A stretch of DNA of 64,000 bases, from the NCBI GenBank assembly GCA_023229505.1, contig JALNZD010000001.1, forward strand, positions 130,823 to 194,822. Direction: 5' to 3'. Position 1 is the first letter of the stretch. The number at the start of each line of letters is the position of its first letter. The notes below the pieces were generated by a model. The model saw only the letters and a list, made by a program, of their open reading frames with translations. It made no database searches and was not told the origin of the DNA. Below are positions 36,309 to 47,084 of the stretch, in pieces. A program made the translations under genes and the position numbers. The stretch is from Bacteroidales bacterium (GTDB lineage Bacteria; Bacteroidota; Bacteroidia; Bacteroidales; JAGOPY01).

Positions 36309-37277
36309 TTATTTAAGGAATTCCTGGATGATCTTTTCTATGGTAAATCCTTCGGCTTCTGCCTTATAGTTCCTGACAATCCGGTGGCGCAGGATGGAGG
36401 TGGCGATTGCCTTTACATCTTCGATATCAGGAGAATATTTTCCCTGAATGGCGGCATGGCATTTCGCCCCGATGATGAGGTATTGCGATGCTCTCGGACC
36501 AGCCCCCCAGGTGATGAAATCATTAGCCAGTGCATGGGCCGCCGGAGTGCCCGGGCGCGTTTTAGCTGACAATGAAACTGCATATTTATAAACATTGTCC
36601 GGTACCGGGATCCTGCGGATAAGCCCCTGGAAGAACAGGATCTCTTCGGCGCTGAGCACTACCTTCAAATCTACCTGCTTATCCTGTGTGGTGCTCTTTA
36701 CAACTTCAATTTCCTGGTCAAATGAAGGATAATCCAGCCAGATGTTGAACATAAAGCGGTCGAGTTGTGCTTCGGGCAATGGATAGGTACCTTCTTGTTC
36801 AATCGGGTTCTGGGTTGCCAGCACAAAAAAGGGATCGGAAAGCTTGTAGTTCTTGCCGGCAACGGTAATTGCCTTCTCCTGCATGGCCTCAAGCAAAGCT
36901 GATTGGGTTTTGGGTGGCGTCCGGTTTATCTCATCCGCAAGGATAATGTTGGCAAAAACAGGACCATGTATGAATTTGAATTTCCTCTCTTCATCCAGGA
37001 TCTCAGTACCGATGATATCCGAAGGCATCAGATCGGGTGTAAACTGGATCCGGCTGTATTTTAACCCGAGTGCTTGTGAGATCGTGTTGACCATTAAGGT
37101 TTTGGCGAGGCCCGGAACACCGACAAGCAATCCATGACCACGACTGAATATAGAGATCAGTACTTTTTTGACAACCTCATCCTGCCCGACAATAACCTTG
37201 GCTATCTCCGCCTTCAGGGTGGAATATTTTTCTACAAAAACATCAACGGCTTCAACATCAGATTTATACGATATCAT
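36309..37277 (-). CDS. MoxR-family AAA+ ATPase (second paralog)
   Basis: GVPGLAKT, SRIQFTPDLMPSDIIG, ILADEINR and ATQNPIEQEGTYPLPEAQLDRF. Confidence 0.9.
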   Translation of the reverse strand: MISYKSDVEAVDVFVEKYSTLKAEIAKVIVGQDEVVKKVLISIFSRGHGLLVGVPGLAKTLMVNTISQALGLKYSRIQFTPDLMPSDIIGTEILDEERKFKFIHGPVFANIILADEINRTPPKTQSALLEAMQEKAITVAGKNYKLSDPFFVLATQNPIEQEGTYPLPEAQLDRFMFNIWLDYPSFDQEIEVVKSTTQDKQVDLKVVLSAEEILFFQGLIRRIPVPDNVYKYAVSLSAKTRPGTPAAHALANDFITWGAGPRASQYLIIGAKCHAAIQGKYSPDIEDVKAIATSILRHRIVRNYKAEAEGFTIEKIIQEFLK

Positions 37278-37340
37278 TGAAATATATTTATCCTGGATTG
37301 TTTGATAACTAATATTTTATGGATTGAGATAATTTGCTTA

Positions 37341-38714
37341 TTAATTATCCACAGGGAAAAAATTATAATTGAATCCACAGTTTTTATAATCATCGATCAC
37401 CATGATATATGCATTATCGACGTTTTTATTCACCCACCCCATAAGCTTTTGTTGCTTTTTGTACTGTAAGGCCAATTCCTGTAAATAACTGTAATCATCG
37501 GTTAAGTTAGCCCGGTGAGGCTCGGTTCTCGCTTGAAGTTTCACCAGCCTGAAGGCTTCTTTTCCATCTTCAGTCTGGGTGGGTACCGGGGAAGATATCT
37601 GGCCGACCTCGAGCTTGTTAATGACAAATGAAACCTGGGGTTCCAGTTGGTCCATTTCAAACCAGGTAGTCCCGGTGTATGGATTGATGATATATCCACC
37701 GCCGGACTTTCCGGGGTCATCAGAATATTTTATCGCAGCGTCTTCAAAAGTGATTTCGCCGTCACGGATTTGTACCAGTACGCTATCCAATTTATTTCTG
37801 GCGTTTTCCAGGTCGATGGGTGAAGGTTTGGTCTGCAGGAGAATATGACGGGTATTGATATAATCTCCTTTTCTTTCAATGAGTTGGATGATATGGAAAC
37901 CTGCCTTGGTTTCAACAATTTCTGATATTTCGCCTTCTTTCAACTTAAAAGCCACAGCTTCAAATTCGGGATATAACTCTCCCCGGCCAAAGAAACCGAT
38001 CTCTCCTCCTTTGGCGGCAGATCCGGGATCATCAGAATAAAGGATGGCCAGGGTCGCGAAATTTTCCCCTTCAACCACTCTTCTTCTCAGATCCCTTAAT
38101 TTCTCCTTGATCATCACTTTTTGCTCTAAACTTACAGGCGGGATTTTGATGATCTGCCTCATCTCAACCTGGGCACTTATAAGAGGGATACTGTCAGTAG
38201 GGATATTCCGGTAAAATTCCTTAACCTCGCTGGGTGTGACAAAAACATTCTTTGTGATGCTGGTCTGAACCTCCTGCACCAGCATATTGTTTTTGACCAG
38301 ATCACGGAATTCCTCTTTAATCTCTATTATCGATTTTCCGTAATACTCTTCCAGTTTTTCCTGGGAACCGAACTGGGAGATGAAATACCGGAGACGCTGG
38401 TCAAGGGATTGCTCTACTTCGCTGTCGGATACCTGCACGCTGTCGAGCTCTGCCTGGTTCAGCAATAGATTCTCCAAAAGCATATTTTCAAGGATCTGGC
38501 ATTTGACCGAACGTGCAGAACCCTCAATAGTTCCCTGCATCTTGGCTTGTAAATATTGTGCTTCAACCTCAGACTCCAGGACCATATTCTGTCCAACTAC
38601 GGCAATGATCCGGTCGACCACTTTTTCCTGCGCCTGGAGTTTACCCAGCAATAAAAACAGGACGATAAGGTAAAGGAACCTGTAATTAAAAAGCAGTATA
38701 TTCTTATCTCTCAT
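37341..38714 (-). CDS. SurA-like periplasmic chaperone / parvulin PPIase
   Basis: Signal peptide, a SurA-N-like domain, and two parvulin domains (GGEIGFFGRGELYPEFE...GFHIIQL). Confidence 0.85.
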   Translation of the reverse strand: MRDKNILLFNYRFLYLIVLFLLLGKLQAQEKVVDRIIAVVGQNMVLESEVEAQYLQAKMQGTIEGSARSVKCQILENMLLENLLLNQAELDSVQVSDSEVEQSLDQRLRYFISQFGSQEKLEEYYGKSIIEIKEEFRDLVKNNMLVQEVQTSITKNVFVTPSEVKEFYRNIPTDSIPLISAQVEMRQIIKIPPVSLEQKVMIKEKLRDLRRRVVEGENFATLAILYSDDPGSAAKGGEIGFFGRGELYPEFEAVAFKLKEGEISEIVETKAGFHIIQLIERKGDYINTRHILLQTKPSPIDLENARNKLDSVLVQIRDGEITFEDAAIKYSDDPGKSGGGYIINPYTGTTWFEMDQLEPQVSFVINKLEVGQISSPVPTQTEDGKEAFRLVKLQARTEPHRANLTDDYSYLQELALQYKKQQKLMGWVNKNVDNAYIMVIDDYKNCGFNYNFFPVDN

Positions 38715-38773
38715 AAATGGGTCCGTTAGAAATTAAAACAACCGTGGAGCTTATTTATTGTTTGATTCAAAGA

Positions 38774-39613
38774 TTAATAGATCTTCGCTTTATCATCCTT
38801 AAATGCCTGGTCGATAAACTCCTGCCTTTTCATTTCAATCAGGTTTATTTTTCTGCCGTTCAGGATAATGTTCCTGATCTTTTCCCTTTCAAACTCAATG
38901 GGGGAGATGCTGTCGGCGGTTTTAAAATCATTGATCCTCACAAGGTAAATATAAACGGAATCCTCAGCTTCGGCATAATTCGTCCTGCGCAGGAAAAGGG
39001 CCTGATTATCAACCTCAAGCGGCATTTCATCGAGTAAATCACTCATAGAAACCCACTCCCTGGCAAACCAGTAATCGGTGGCATTCTTTTCTGCATATCC
39101 GGCCAACTCTAATACATTCCCGGATTCAGGTGATTTAAGCAGCTTGCGGAATTCTCTCAGGTGCCTTGATCTTTTATTAATTTTAACAAAATCAAACTTT
39201 ACGATATTTCCCTTCAACTCAAACTGGCTGCGGTTCTCCGAGTAATACGCCTCGATTTGCTCTGGTGTAACATTAGTATCCAGATATTGACTGACCAGTT
39301 TTTGCTCCAGGGTAAAAAGAAGCAGGGAATTCCGGTATTCATCCAATTGCTTGGAAAAATCCTGTTCGTCGGATTTAAGGCTTTCCTTGGCTTTTTGGGT
39401 GAGTATCTCCTGTTGTATCCATTTAGTAATATAATTCTCAGCCAGGGTTATGCTGTCACGCTCTGAGAGGCCATCAGGTATCCGGTCCGCCAACTCTGAA
39501 ATACGCAGGTATTTGTCATTTGCCCTGGCAACAATGCGATCCTCCGGTTCCGACTGGAACAGGTTTGTACAGGCACTTAAAACAACCAATAGGAACAGGA
39601 TCGGCTTTTTCAA
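38774..39613 (-). CDS. Lipoprotein with a SurA-N-like chaperone fold and no PPIase domain (hypothetical)
   Basis: Lipobox LLVVLSAC. Helical, and located between two PPIase genes. Confidence 0.55.
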   Translation of the reverse strand: MKKPILFLLVVLSACTNLFQSEPEDRIVARANDKYLRISELADRIPDGLSERDSITLAENYITKWIQQEILTQKAKESLKSDEQDFSKQLDEYRNSLLLFTLEQKLVSQYLDTNVTPEQIEAYYSENRSQFELKGNIVKFDFVKINKRSRHLREFRKLLKSPESGNVLELAGYAEKNATDYWFAREWVSMSDLLDEMPLEVDNQALFLRRTNYAEAEDSVYIYLVRINDFKTADSISPIEFEREKIRNIILNGRKINLIEMKRQEFIDQAFKDDKAKIY

Positions 39614-39626
39614 TTCAAAGGGCTTT

Positions 39627-41621
39627 TTATTTTAATGTCGACAGAACATCTTCATAGATGATTACATTATATTTAGCTCTGAGTTCCCTGACCCATTGCT
39701 CTTCGAGAAAGGTCTGATAGTCGGCTGTCACGAGCCCCCTTGCTTCCTGCAGGATCTTCGGCTCTGGTTTCAGCACTTCGTACCCATAAACAAAAGAAGG
39801 ACCTGAAGGTGAATCCACTATTGGTGAAAGTCCGGCTTTCCATTTGACCTTATCTACCACTGGTGAATCGCTCATGGAAAAATGAGCCGTTTCCACAAGA
39901 ATATTAAGGGTAGTATCAGTATTAAAGTAATTCAAAACCTCTTCCGGAGTTTTACCGGTGGAAAACATATTCCTGACCTCATCCGTGTTAACCTGGGCCG
40001 GTTTGAGGATAGTCACGACCGTAGCATGGAAACGCTTATCCCACATGTATTTTCCCGGGTTGGCAGCAAAGAATTCAGCCAGGCCGGCTGTATCCTTAAC
40101 AGCTTTCGACCAGACATTCTTATCTGTCAGGTCAAATAAAAGGATACCATCATGATATTCCTGCACCAGCATCCGGAAATCGGGATATTTTCCTTCCAGC
40201 TTACTGTCTTCATAAGCAACGCATTTATCAACGACGAATGTATTGTACGTTTCATTGAAGAATGCCGGAATATCTGTAATCCTTTTTGTTTGTTTCATGG
40301 CAATGTATTGCGCCAGGTCATGCTGGGTGTATTTTACATCTCTCAGGGAAAACACAACTTTATCAAGTCCTTTGGCTTTATTTACATCCCATTCCCCTTT
40401 CATCAGGCTGGTGTCGAGCGTAGCCAATACTGCCTCTTTGGCTTTGGGGTATTCTTTAAATCCATTTTCCTGCTTGATCCTGTTGATCACGGTTTCCTGG
40501 CTAAGTTTGTTGCGAAGGTCTTTTTCCAGGCGGCTTTTCAGGTTGAACTCTTCTTCTTCGAAGGTCCCAACCGGTTTTCGGCCTATCAGTTTAATAATAT
40601 GGTAGCCAAAAGGAGTGGAAAAAGGTGCACTTATGCTGCCTGTATCTTTCAGGTTGCGTGTAGCTATAATAAATTCAGGTACCATCCGGTTGCTTCCAAA
40701 CCAGGGTAGTTTACCCCCGTTTCCGGCAGATCCTTTATCTTCTGAATATTCAAGCACAACATCTTCAAATTTAACCCCCGAAGTTATCTTTTCATAAGCC
40801 CCATCGATCTTCATTTTTTTCTGTAAAGAATCCTTTGCGTTGGCATTGGGAGGCAAGGCCACAAAGATGTGTTCAACCTGCGCCTGCCCGAATGCAGGCT
40901 GTTTGTCGGTTACCTTGATCAGGTGATATCCGTAATCAGTCCTTAATGGTTGAGAAATTTTCCCTACTTCGGTAATATAAGCGCCCGTTTCAAATGGGTA
41001 TACCATATCGAAAACGGTGAAATATCCCAGGTCACCCAGATTTCCCTTGCGGGCAGGCCGGTATTGGCTTGCTTCAGTATCCCGGGCTGAAGGATCTTCC
41101 GAAATCTCCACCGCCACTTTTCCGAAATCTTCTCCCATTAGGAGTCTTTCGCGGGTAGCCAGCGCTTTTTTGTATGCTTTCAATGTATCTTCAGGAGATG
41201 CATTCTTATCCAGGCGAATAAGGATATGGCTGGCCCTGATGTCCCAGTTTTTCCGTTCATAAGCTTCCTTCAGTAGATATTCACCGACCGAGGCGTCAAC
41301 AAAATAAGGCTGCGCCAGCTGTTTGCGATAGCCTTCCAGTTCCTTGCGGAATGTCTGGAGTGTGTCCATCCCAAGCTCCTCAGCTTCTCTTACCTTAAGA
41401 CGAAAATTGATATACAGGTCGAGATATTCTTTGATGGCGTCAGGACCCTGTTCCTCCCGGTTTAAATTATTTTTGTTGTAAACGTACATAAAGTCGCCGG
41501 CGGTGACATCTTCCCCGGCTATATTCAATAGCACCCGGTCGTCTGTCTTCTGGGCAATCAGTAAGTTCGAATATAAAGTAATAACAGTTAATAAGGACAC
41601 TGCGAACCCGAATTTTCTCAT
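39627..41621 (-). CDS. PpiD/SurA-family peptidyl-prolyl isomerase (664 aa)
   Basis: Signal peptide and parvulin domains (GDLGYFTVFDMVYPFE...GYHLIKV; GGKLPWFGSNRMVPEF...GYHIIKL). Confidence 0.8.
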   Translation of the reverse strand: MRKFGFAVSLLTVITLYSNLLIAQKTDDRVLLNIAGEDVTAGDFMYVYNKNNLNREEQGPDAIKEYLDLYINFRLKVREAEELGMDTLQTFRKELEGYRKQLAQPYFVDASVGEYLLKEAYERKNWDIRASHILIRLDKNASPEDTLKAYKKALATRERLLMGEDFGKVAVEISEDPSARDTEASQYRPARKGNLGDLGYFTVFDMVYPFETGAYITEVGKISQPLRTDYGYHLIKVTDKQPAFGQAQVEHIFVALPPNANAKDSLQKKMKIDGAYEKITSGVKFEDVVLEYSEDKGSAGNGGKLPWFGSNRMVPEFIIATRNLKDTGSISAPFSTPFGYHIIKLIGRKPVGTFEEEEFNLKSRLEKDLRNKLSQETVINRIKQENGFKEYPKAKEAVLATLDTSLMKGEWDVNKAKGLDKVVFSLRDVKYTQHDLAQYIAMKQTKRITDIPAFFNETYNTFVVDKCVAYEDSKLEGKYPDFRMLVQEYHDGILLFDLTDKNVWSKAVKDTAGLAEFFAANPGKYMWDKRFHATVVTILKPAQVNTDEVRNMFSTGKTPEEVLNYFNTDTTLNILVETAHFSMSDSPVVDKVKWKAGLSPIVDSPSGPSFVYGYEVLKPEPKILQEARGLVTADYQTFLEEQWVRELRAKYNVIIYEDVLSTLK

Positions 41622-41666
41622 GGTTTATCTCAATTTTAAGTTAATAATTTGCTCTTTTAAAATCCA

Positions 41667-43139
41667 TTACAAACGGCTATAGTTGGGCGCTTCGCTGGTA
41701 ATGGAGACATCATGGGGATGACCTTCGATGACACCTGCGTGGGTGATCTTGATGAAACGGGCCTGTTTGAGTGCTTCAATATTCTTTGCACCGACGTACC
41801 CCATTCCGGCCCGCAAACCGCCTACCAGCTGAAGGATGACTTCCGACAGGGTCCCTTTAAATGGCACCCGGCCTACGATTCCTTCCGGTACTAATTTGCG
41901 GATATCATCTTCCACATCCTGGAAATAACGGTCCTTTGATCCCTTCTGCATGGCTTCGATTGAGCCCATGCCCCTGTACGTTTTATATTTCCTGCCATCG
42001 AAAATGATGGTTTCACCTGGTGACTCATCCACACCGGCAAACAGGGAGCCAGCCATGATGGTATCAGCTCCGGCCGCCAATGCTTTGGCTATATCACCTG
42101 AGTAGCGGATCCCTCCATCGGCAATGACCGGTATGCCTGTGCCTTTAAGAACCTGGCTGACGGAATAAATAGCAGACAACTGCGGTACGCCTACCCCTGC
42201 GATAACCCTTGTCGTGCAGATAGAGCCGGGGCCAATACCTATCTTGATGGCATCTGCGCCTGCTTCTGCAAGTGCCAGGGCAGCTTCTGCCGTGCCAATA
42301 TTGCCCACCACCAGGTCGATATTTGGGAACTGCTGTTTGATTTTGCGGGCAATTTCAATGACACTGCGGGTATGCCCGTGGGCCGTGTCTACCACGATGG
42401 CGTCAACATTAGCATCTACCAACGCTTCGGCCCGCTGCAACGTGTTGGAAGCAATGCCGACAGCGGCAGCTACCCGCAACCTGCCCTGGCCATCTTTGTA
42501 AGCATTGGGATGCGCCTGTATCTTGATAATGTCTTTATAAGTGATCAGCCCCACGAGACGGTTATGGTCATCCACGACAGGGAGCTTTTCAATCCGGTGC
42601 TTCTGAAGGATTTCCGCTGCTATTTCAAATGAAATGAACTCACGGGTGGTGATCAGGTTGTCTTTGGTCATTACTTCGGCTATAGGCCGGTTAGTGTTGC
42701 GCTCAAAACGAAGGTCGCGGTGGGTAACAATCCCTACCAGTTCCTTGTTGTTCTTTACCACGGGAATCCCGCCAATACCATATTCTTTCATCAGCATAAG
42801 CGCATCCCAGACTATAGCATCTACCGGTAAGGTCACCGGGTCAAGGATCATGCCGTTCTCGGCCCTTTTTACTTTCCTGACCTGATTGGCCTGTTCCTCG
42901 ATCGACATATTCTTGTGGATCACCCCGATGCCACCCTCCTGGGCTATGGCAATGGCCATCATGGCCTCTGTCACAGTATCCATAGCAGCCGAGACGATCG
43001 GAATGTTTAAGTGGATATTCCTGGAAAAAAAGGAACAGATATCAGCCTCCCGGGGCATCACATCAGAATAGGCCGGAACAAGCAGAACATCATCATAAGT
43101 GAGGGCTTCACCAAGAAATTTATTGTTATCCAGCGTCAT
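41667..43139 (-). CDS. guaB: IMP dehydrogenase
   Basis: [10 protein letters not shown], a CBS pair, the catalytic loop [11 protein letters not shown], and GGIRYSGDI. Confidence 0.95.
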   Translation of the reverse strand: MTLDNNKFLGEALTYDDVLLVPAYSDVMPREADICSFFSRNIHLNIPIVSAAMDTVTEAMMAIAIAQEGGIGVIHKNMSIEEQANQVRKVKRAENGMILDPVTLPVDAIVWDALMLMKEYGIGGIPVVKNNKELVGIVTHRDLRFERNTNRPIAEVMTKDNLITTREFISFEIAAEILQKHRIEKLPVVDDHNRLVGLITYKDIIKIQAHPNAYKDGQGRLRVAAAVGIASNTLQRAEALVDANVDAIVVDTAHGHTRSVIEIARKIKQQFPNIDLVVGNIGTAEAALALAEAGADAIKIGIGPGSICTTRVIAGVGVPQLSAIYSVSQVLKGTGIPVIADGGIRYSGDIAKALAAGADTIMAGSLFAGVDESPGETIIFDGRKYKTYRGMGSIEAMQKGSKDRYFQDVEDDIRKLVPEGIVGRVPFKGTLSEVILQLVGGLRAGMGYVGAKNIEALKQARFIKITHAGVIEGHPHDVSITSEAPNYSRL

Positions 43140-43159
43140 GACCTGAAAAATTTGATTTG

Positions 43160-43167
43160 CAAATGTA
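43160..43167 (-). promoter_or_regulatory. -7 box (TACATTTG on the minus strand) for guaB
   Basis: Plus-strand CAAATGTA, 21 nt upstream of the ATG at 43139. Confidence 0.45.
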
Positions 43168-43241
43168 TGAAAAAACCCTTTAACAACTCTTAAAAATTGT
43201 TAATACCGCGGTTGTGGCTGTATAAGCCAACGTAAATATTC

Positions 43242-45296
43242 TCAATAAATTACAGCTATGTTTCCTTTTATTTGCCTGGGTTGATTAAGTGCATTGCGGA
43301 AACGTAACAAATAGACATAAACCCCCTGGGGTACGTATTCGCCATTGTAGGTGCCGTTCCATGCGTCATTGGGATCATTGGTCCGGTATATCAATTGCCC
43401 CCAGCGATTGTAAACGAGGAACTCATATCCTTCACTGCCAACGAACACAATAACAGGTTTGAGCGTATTGTTGAGTCCACGGGGCATGAAGGCATTAGGA
43501 AGGTAAACCTTTGGTTCCTGCTCCGACAATACCTCGTTTGAAAAGCTTTGCTCCTGGAAACCAAGCGGGTTAGCAGAGCCTTCATAAGCTTCGACGAGAT
43601 AAGTGATCCTGCTGATGGTGCCTGTCAGGTCAGAAACATTATCGGAATAAGTCAGTGTGAGGGAGTCGACATCAGCCAACATGGTTAGCGAAGAATTATC
43701 GAGGCGGCGATAAACTTTATAGCCCAGTATGCGTCCGTACCATGATTCATAAGCATTCCAGCTCAAACGGTTGGTCAGGTCAGGTAAAGCTTCCGCTTGC
43801 AGGAAAATGGTCCGGGCTGTATTAGTGATAACCGATGCCATCCCGCAACTGTCGACCACTTCGACCTGGTAATAGTAGCTTTCAACCGTGACATCTGCTG
43901 CAGCGTCAGAAAAAGAAACAAATTCCTGCCCCTGGTTGAGGACTGTTCCGGTTTCAGTATAGGGTCCGCCGGCATTTGTGCTCCGGAGGATACGGTAAAA
44001 TTGTACATGTGCCGCGGTATCGGTGTAAAACAGGATGTTCACCCGTTCATTATCTTCCACTGAAACAAATCGCGTATACATGAACAACGGACGAGGCGAA
44101 TTGTAGGTGGTGACTTCCTTCCTGCAGGAGGTAGATGTTTTCAGGCCGTCCTGGTTAAAAGCCCTGATGTAATATGCATAAGTAGTGTTGGGCTGAAGAT
44201 CAGCGTGGGTATAGCTTGTCTGGCCGGGATTTAGTGTCTCCAGCAACTGGAAAGGGCCGTTATTTTCACTCATGTAAATCCTGTAACCCTGAAGTGGTGG
44301 TTCGAAGTTCACATATTCGTTCCAGCTCAGGGTATTAGTCATCGTGCAGGGATCGTATGCGACATCCGCTAAAAAAATCGTACTGTGGGGCTTGTCCTGA
44401 AAAGTACTGGTGTCGAAAGGGAAAGGACTTTCGTTACCACAAGAGTCGATCGACAAAAGGATATAACGCAGCGGGCCTTCACAGGGATTGGAATCTTCGT
44501 GCCGGTAATAAGTAGCAGAACTCCCGTCAACATAATCGATCGAGTCGTTGGTTGTTGTGACCCTGAATATGGTATATCCCTGGATATCCGGTTCCAGTCC
44601 GGCCTCCCAGCCCACCACAGCTTTCCCGTCAGGGCCTATGCTGACTGAATCGATGACCGGTGGGTAACGATTGGATAAGTTTCTCAGCACCGCCCCATTT
44701 TGGTTTGAAAGTGAAATGCACCCGGTTTGAATGTCTCGTACCCCGATCCGGAAACGGACCGTATCACTATTACCGTTACAAGCCCAGAAATGATGGGTCA
44801 GGCTCAGATCCTGCGTGGAATCGACTACAGCCCAGGTCCCGGGCGGGTATTCCCGGTATAAAAGGTACCAGGGATGCATAGCTGCGAGCAAAGGGGTATG
44901 CAGCGGTGTCCAGTTAAAGTCGATGACCTCAAAATCAGTGGTGGTGCCTGTAAGTAGCATTGTCGCCAGGGTATCCGTTGGAAATGGGCCTGAATTTTTA
45001 TTGATGATCAAATAGTAATATCCCGGTGTCGTATTGGCGTCTGCACCAACATGAAGATAACTAGCCTGTGTAATATTTGTAATCACGGTCAATTCAGTAT
45101 AAAAACCTGACCGTACCAGTGAAAAATAAATAGTATAATTATAAAAACCCGTGCCGATCAGTACCGGGTTCCATTGAATCACCGCATCTCCGTTGGGCAT
45201 CACTTCAGTGCACCTGAGCCTGACAGTTTGGCCTTGTGAGGTAATCTGAAAAAAAAACAGAATGATGATCAGTATCGATGCCAGCCTTTTATTCAT
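43242..45296 (-). CDS. Large secreted protein with a T9SS type-B (gliding-motility CHU_C) sorting domain
   Basis: The likely start is MNKRLASILIIILFFFQ (ATG at 45296). The C-terminus reads VYLPNAFMPRG...FLVYNRWGQLIY...WNGTYNGEYVPQGVYVYLL...GNIAVIY. Confidence 0.75.
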   Translation of the reverse strand: MNKRLASILIIILFFFQITSQGQTVRLRCTEVMPNGDAVIQWNPVLIGTGFYNYTIYFSLVRSGFYTELTVITNITQASYLHVGADANTTPGYYYLIINKNSGPFPTDTLATMLLTGTTTDFEVIDFNWTPLHTPLLAAMHPWYLLYREYPPGTWAVVDSTQDLSLTHHFWACNGNSDTVRFRIGVRDIQTGCISLSNQNGAVLRNLSNRYPPVIDSVSIGPDGKAVVGWEAGLEPDIQGYTIFRVTTTNDSIDYVDGSSATYYRHEDSNPCEGPLRYILLSIDSCGNESPFPFDTSTFQDKPHSTIFLADVAYDPCTMTNTLSWNEYVNFEPPLQGYRIYMSENNGPFQLLETLNPGQTSYTHADLQPNTTYAYYIRAFNQDGLKTSTSCRKEVTTYNSPRPLFMYTRFVSVEDNERVNILFYTDTAAHVQFYRILRSTNAGGPYTETGTVLNQGQEFVSFSDAAADVTVESYYYQVEVVDSCGMASVITNTARTIFLQAEALPDLTNRLSWNAYESWYGRILGYKVYRRLDNSSLTMLADVDSLTLTYSDNVSDLTGTISRITYLVEAYEGSANPLGFQEQSFSNEVLSEQEPKVYLPNAFMPRGLNNTLKPVIVFVGSEGYEFLVYNRWGQLIYRTNDPNDAWNGTYNGEYVPQGVYVYLLRFRNALNQPRQIKGNIAVIY

Positions 45297-45314
45297 AACC
45301 GTTTCGGTCGACAG

Positions 45315-45322
45315 CAAAATTA
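45315..45322 (-). promoter_or_regulatory. -7 box (TAATTTTG on the minus strand)
   Basis: Plus-strand CAAAATTA, 19 nt upstream of the ATG at 45296. Confidence 0.4.
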
Positions 45323-45374
45323 CATAAATTTGAAGAGTTTATGATATGACCCTTCTTAATTCCCGTGAAATCAT

Positions 45375-45382
45375 TAACTTTG
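45375..45382 (+). promoter_or_regulatory. -7 box TAACTTTG for glyA
   Basis: 47 nt upstream of the ATG at 45429. Confidence 0.5.
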
Positions 45383-45428
45383 CGGGAGTTTTTATACATC
45401 TGACACAATTATTTATATTAATTCGATT

Positions 45429-46706
45429 ATGAAACGGGACAATCAGGTATTTCGTATTCTGGCAAAGGAAAAGAAAAGACAATTACACGGATTGGAATTG
45501 ATTGCATCGGAGAATTTCGTCAGTGACCAGGTTTTAAAGGCCATGGGTTCGGTGATGACCAACAAATACGCCGAAGGCTACCCTGGTAAAAGATATTATG
45601 GCGGCTGCCAGTTTGTGGATGAGACTGAGCAACTGGCCATTGACCGGGCAAAGGAGCTTTTCAATTGTGAGTTTGCCAACGTTCAGCCCCATTCAGGAGC
45701 CCAGGCCAACATGGCTGTTTTTCTTGCTTTCCTGAAGCCGGGCGACAAGTTCATGGGGCTTGATCTGTCGCATGGGGGCCACCTGTCGCACGGATCGCCC
45801 GTCAACAGTTCGGGCATTCTTTATAAGCCATTCGCTTATGGCGTCAGCCAGGTTACCGGGACTGTAGATTACGACAAGATGGAAGAAACTGCCCTGCGGG
45901 AAATGCCGAAGATCATTATTGCCGGTGCCTCTGCATATTCGCGCGACTGGGACTATGTTCGGATGCGCAGCATAGCTGATAAGGTTGGCGCCCTGCTGAT
46001 GGCCGACATTTCGCACCCCGCCGGCCTGATTGCACGAGGCCTCCTCAACGACCCGCTCCCCTACTGCCACGTGGTAACTACAACCACACATAAGACCCTC
46101 CGCGGGCCACGCGGCGGGATGATCCTGATGGGTAAGGATTTTGAAAATCCCTGGGGATGGGCTACACCCAAAGGTGAGATCAAAATGATGTCGCAACTCA
46201 TCAACTCTGCCGTATTCCCCGGAATCCAGGGCGGCCCGCTCGAGCATGTCATCGCCTCTAAAGCGGTCGCTTTCGGCGAAGCTTTAACCGATGAATACTT
46301 CGAATACATCCTCCAGGTTAAGAAGAACGCCACCGTCATGGCGAAAGCTTTTGTCGACAAAGGCTATCACGTGATTTCCGGCGGTACCGATAATCACCTG
46401 ATGCTGATCGACCTGCGTAATAAGTTTCCCGAACTGACCGGACGCCTGGCGGAAAACACCCTGGTGCGGGCCGATATCACCGTGAATAAAAATATGGTTC
46501 CATTCGACAGCCGTTCGCCTTTCCAGACCTCCGGCCTTCGCATCGGCACCCCGGCCGTTACTACCCGCGGCCTGAAAGAAAAGCACATGACCCTCATTGT
46601 CGACCTGATCGATGAAGTCCTTCAAAAGATCGAAGACGAGCAAACCATTATCAGCGTGAGGCAAAAAGTCAACCAGATGATGGAAAGTTATCCCCTGTTC
46701 TCTTAA
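45429..46706 (+). CDS. glyA: Serine hydroxymethyltransferase
   Basis: [21 protein letters not shown], and the PLP-Lys region [15 protein letters not shown]. Confidence 0.95.
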   Translation: MKRDNQVFRILAKEKKRQLHGLELIASENFVSDQVLKAMGSVMTNKYAEGYPGKRYYGGCQFVDETEQLAIDRAKELFNCEFANVQPHSGAQANMAVFLAFLKPGDKFMGLDLSHGGHLSHGSPVNSSGILYKPFAYGVSQVTGTVDYDKMEETALREMPKIIIAGASAYSRDWDYVRMRSIADKVGALLMADISHPAGLIARGLLNDPLPYCHVVTTTTHKTLRGPRGGMILMGKDFENPWGWATPKGEIKMMSQLINSAVFPGIQGGPLEHVIASKAVAFGEALTDEYFEYILQVKKNATVMAKAFVDKGYHVISGGTDNHLMLIDLRNKFPELTGRLAENTLVRADITVNKNMVPFDSRSPFQTSGLRIGTPAVTTRGLKEKHMTLIVDLIDEVLQKIEDEQTIISVRQKVNQMMESYPLFS

Positions 46707-46718
46707 AACTAAAATAGT

Positions 46719-47084
46719 ATGAAAAGAAACATGATCCGTAAAGTATTAGGTGGATTAAGTTTCACCTCCGCACTTTTTATGTTTCAGGCATGCTACGGGA
46801 CTCCACAGGATGTTGGAATTGATATACTGATTGAAGGCCAGGTGAAATCGGCGGCAACTGGAGACCCGATTAAGGGCATTAAGATCTCAATAGCTGATGG
46901 ATCACAGTATCAATTTAGTGATGTCGATGGAAAGTTCTCTTTATACACAGACCCGTTTGAAAACAAAATGATGCATTTTGAAGACATCGATTCAATAGAA
47001 AATGGTTCATTTCTCAGCAAAGACACAGTTCTCACAAATATTAACGACTACGTGTATCTGAATATTGAATTGGAAGAAGAATAG
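46719..47084 (+). CDS. Small lipoprotein paired with a radical SAM enzyme
   Basis: Lipobox ALFMFQAC and a CarboxypepD_reg-like beta-sandwich segment (IEGQVKSAATGDPIKGIKISIADGSQYQFSDVDGKFSL). Its TAG stop abuts the rSAM ATG. Confidence 0.6.
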   Translation: MKRNMIRKVLGGLSFTSALFMFQACYGTPQDVGIDILIEGQVKSAATGDPIKGIKISIADGSQYQFSDVDGKFSLYTDPFENKMMHFEDIDSIENGSFLSKDTVLTNINDYVYLNIELEEE

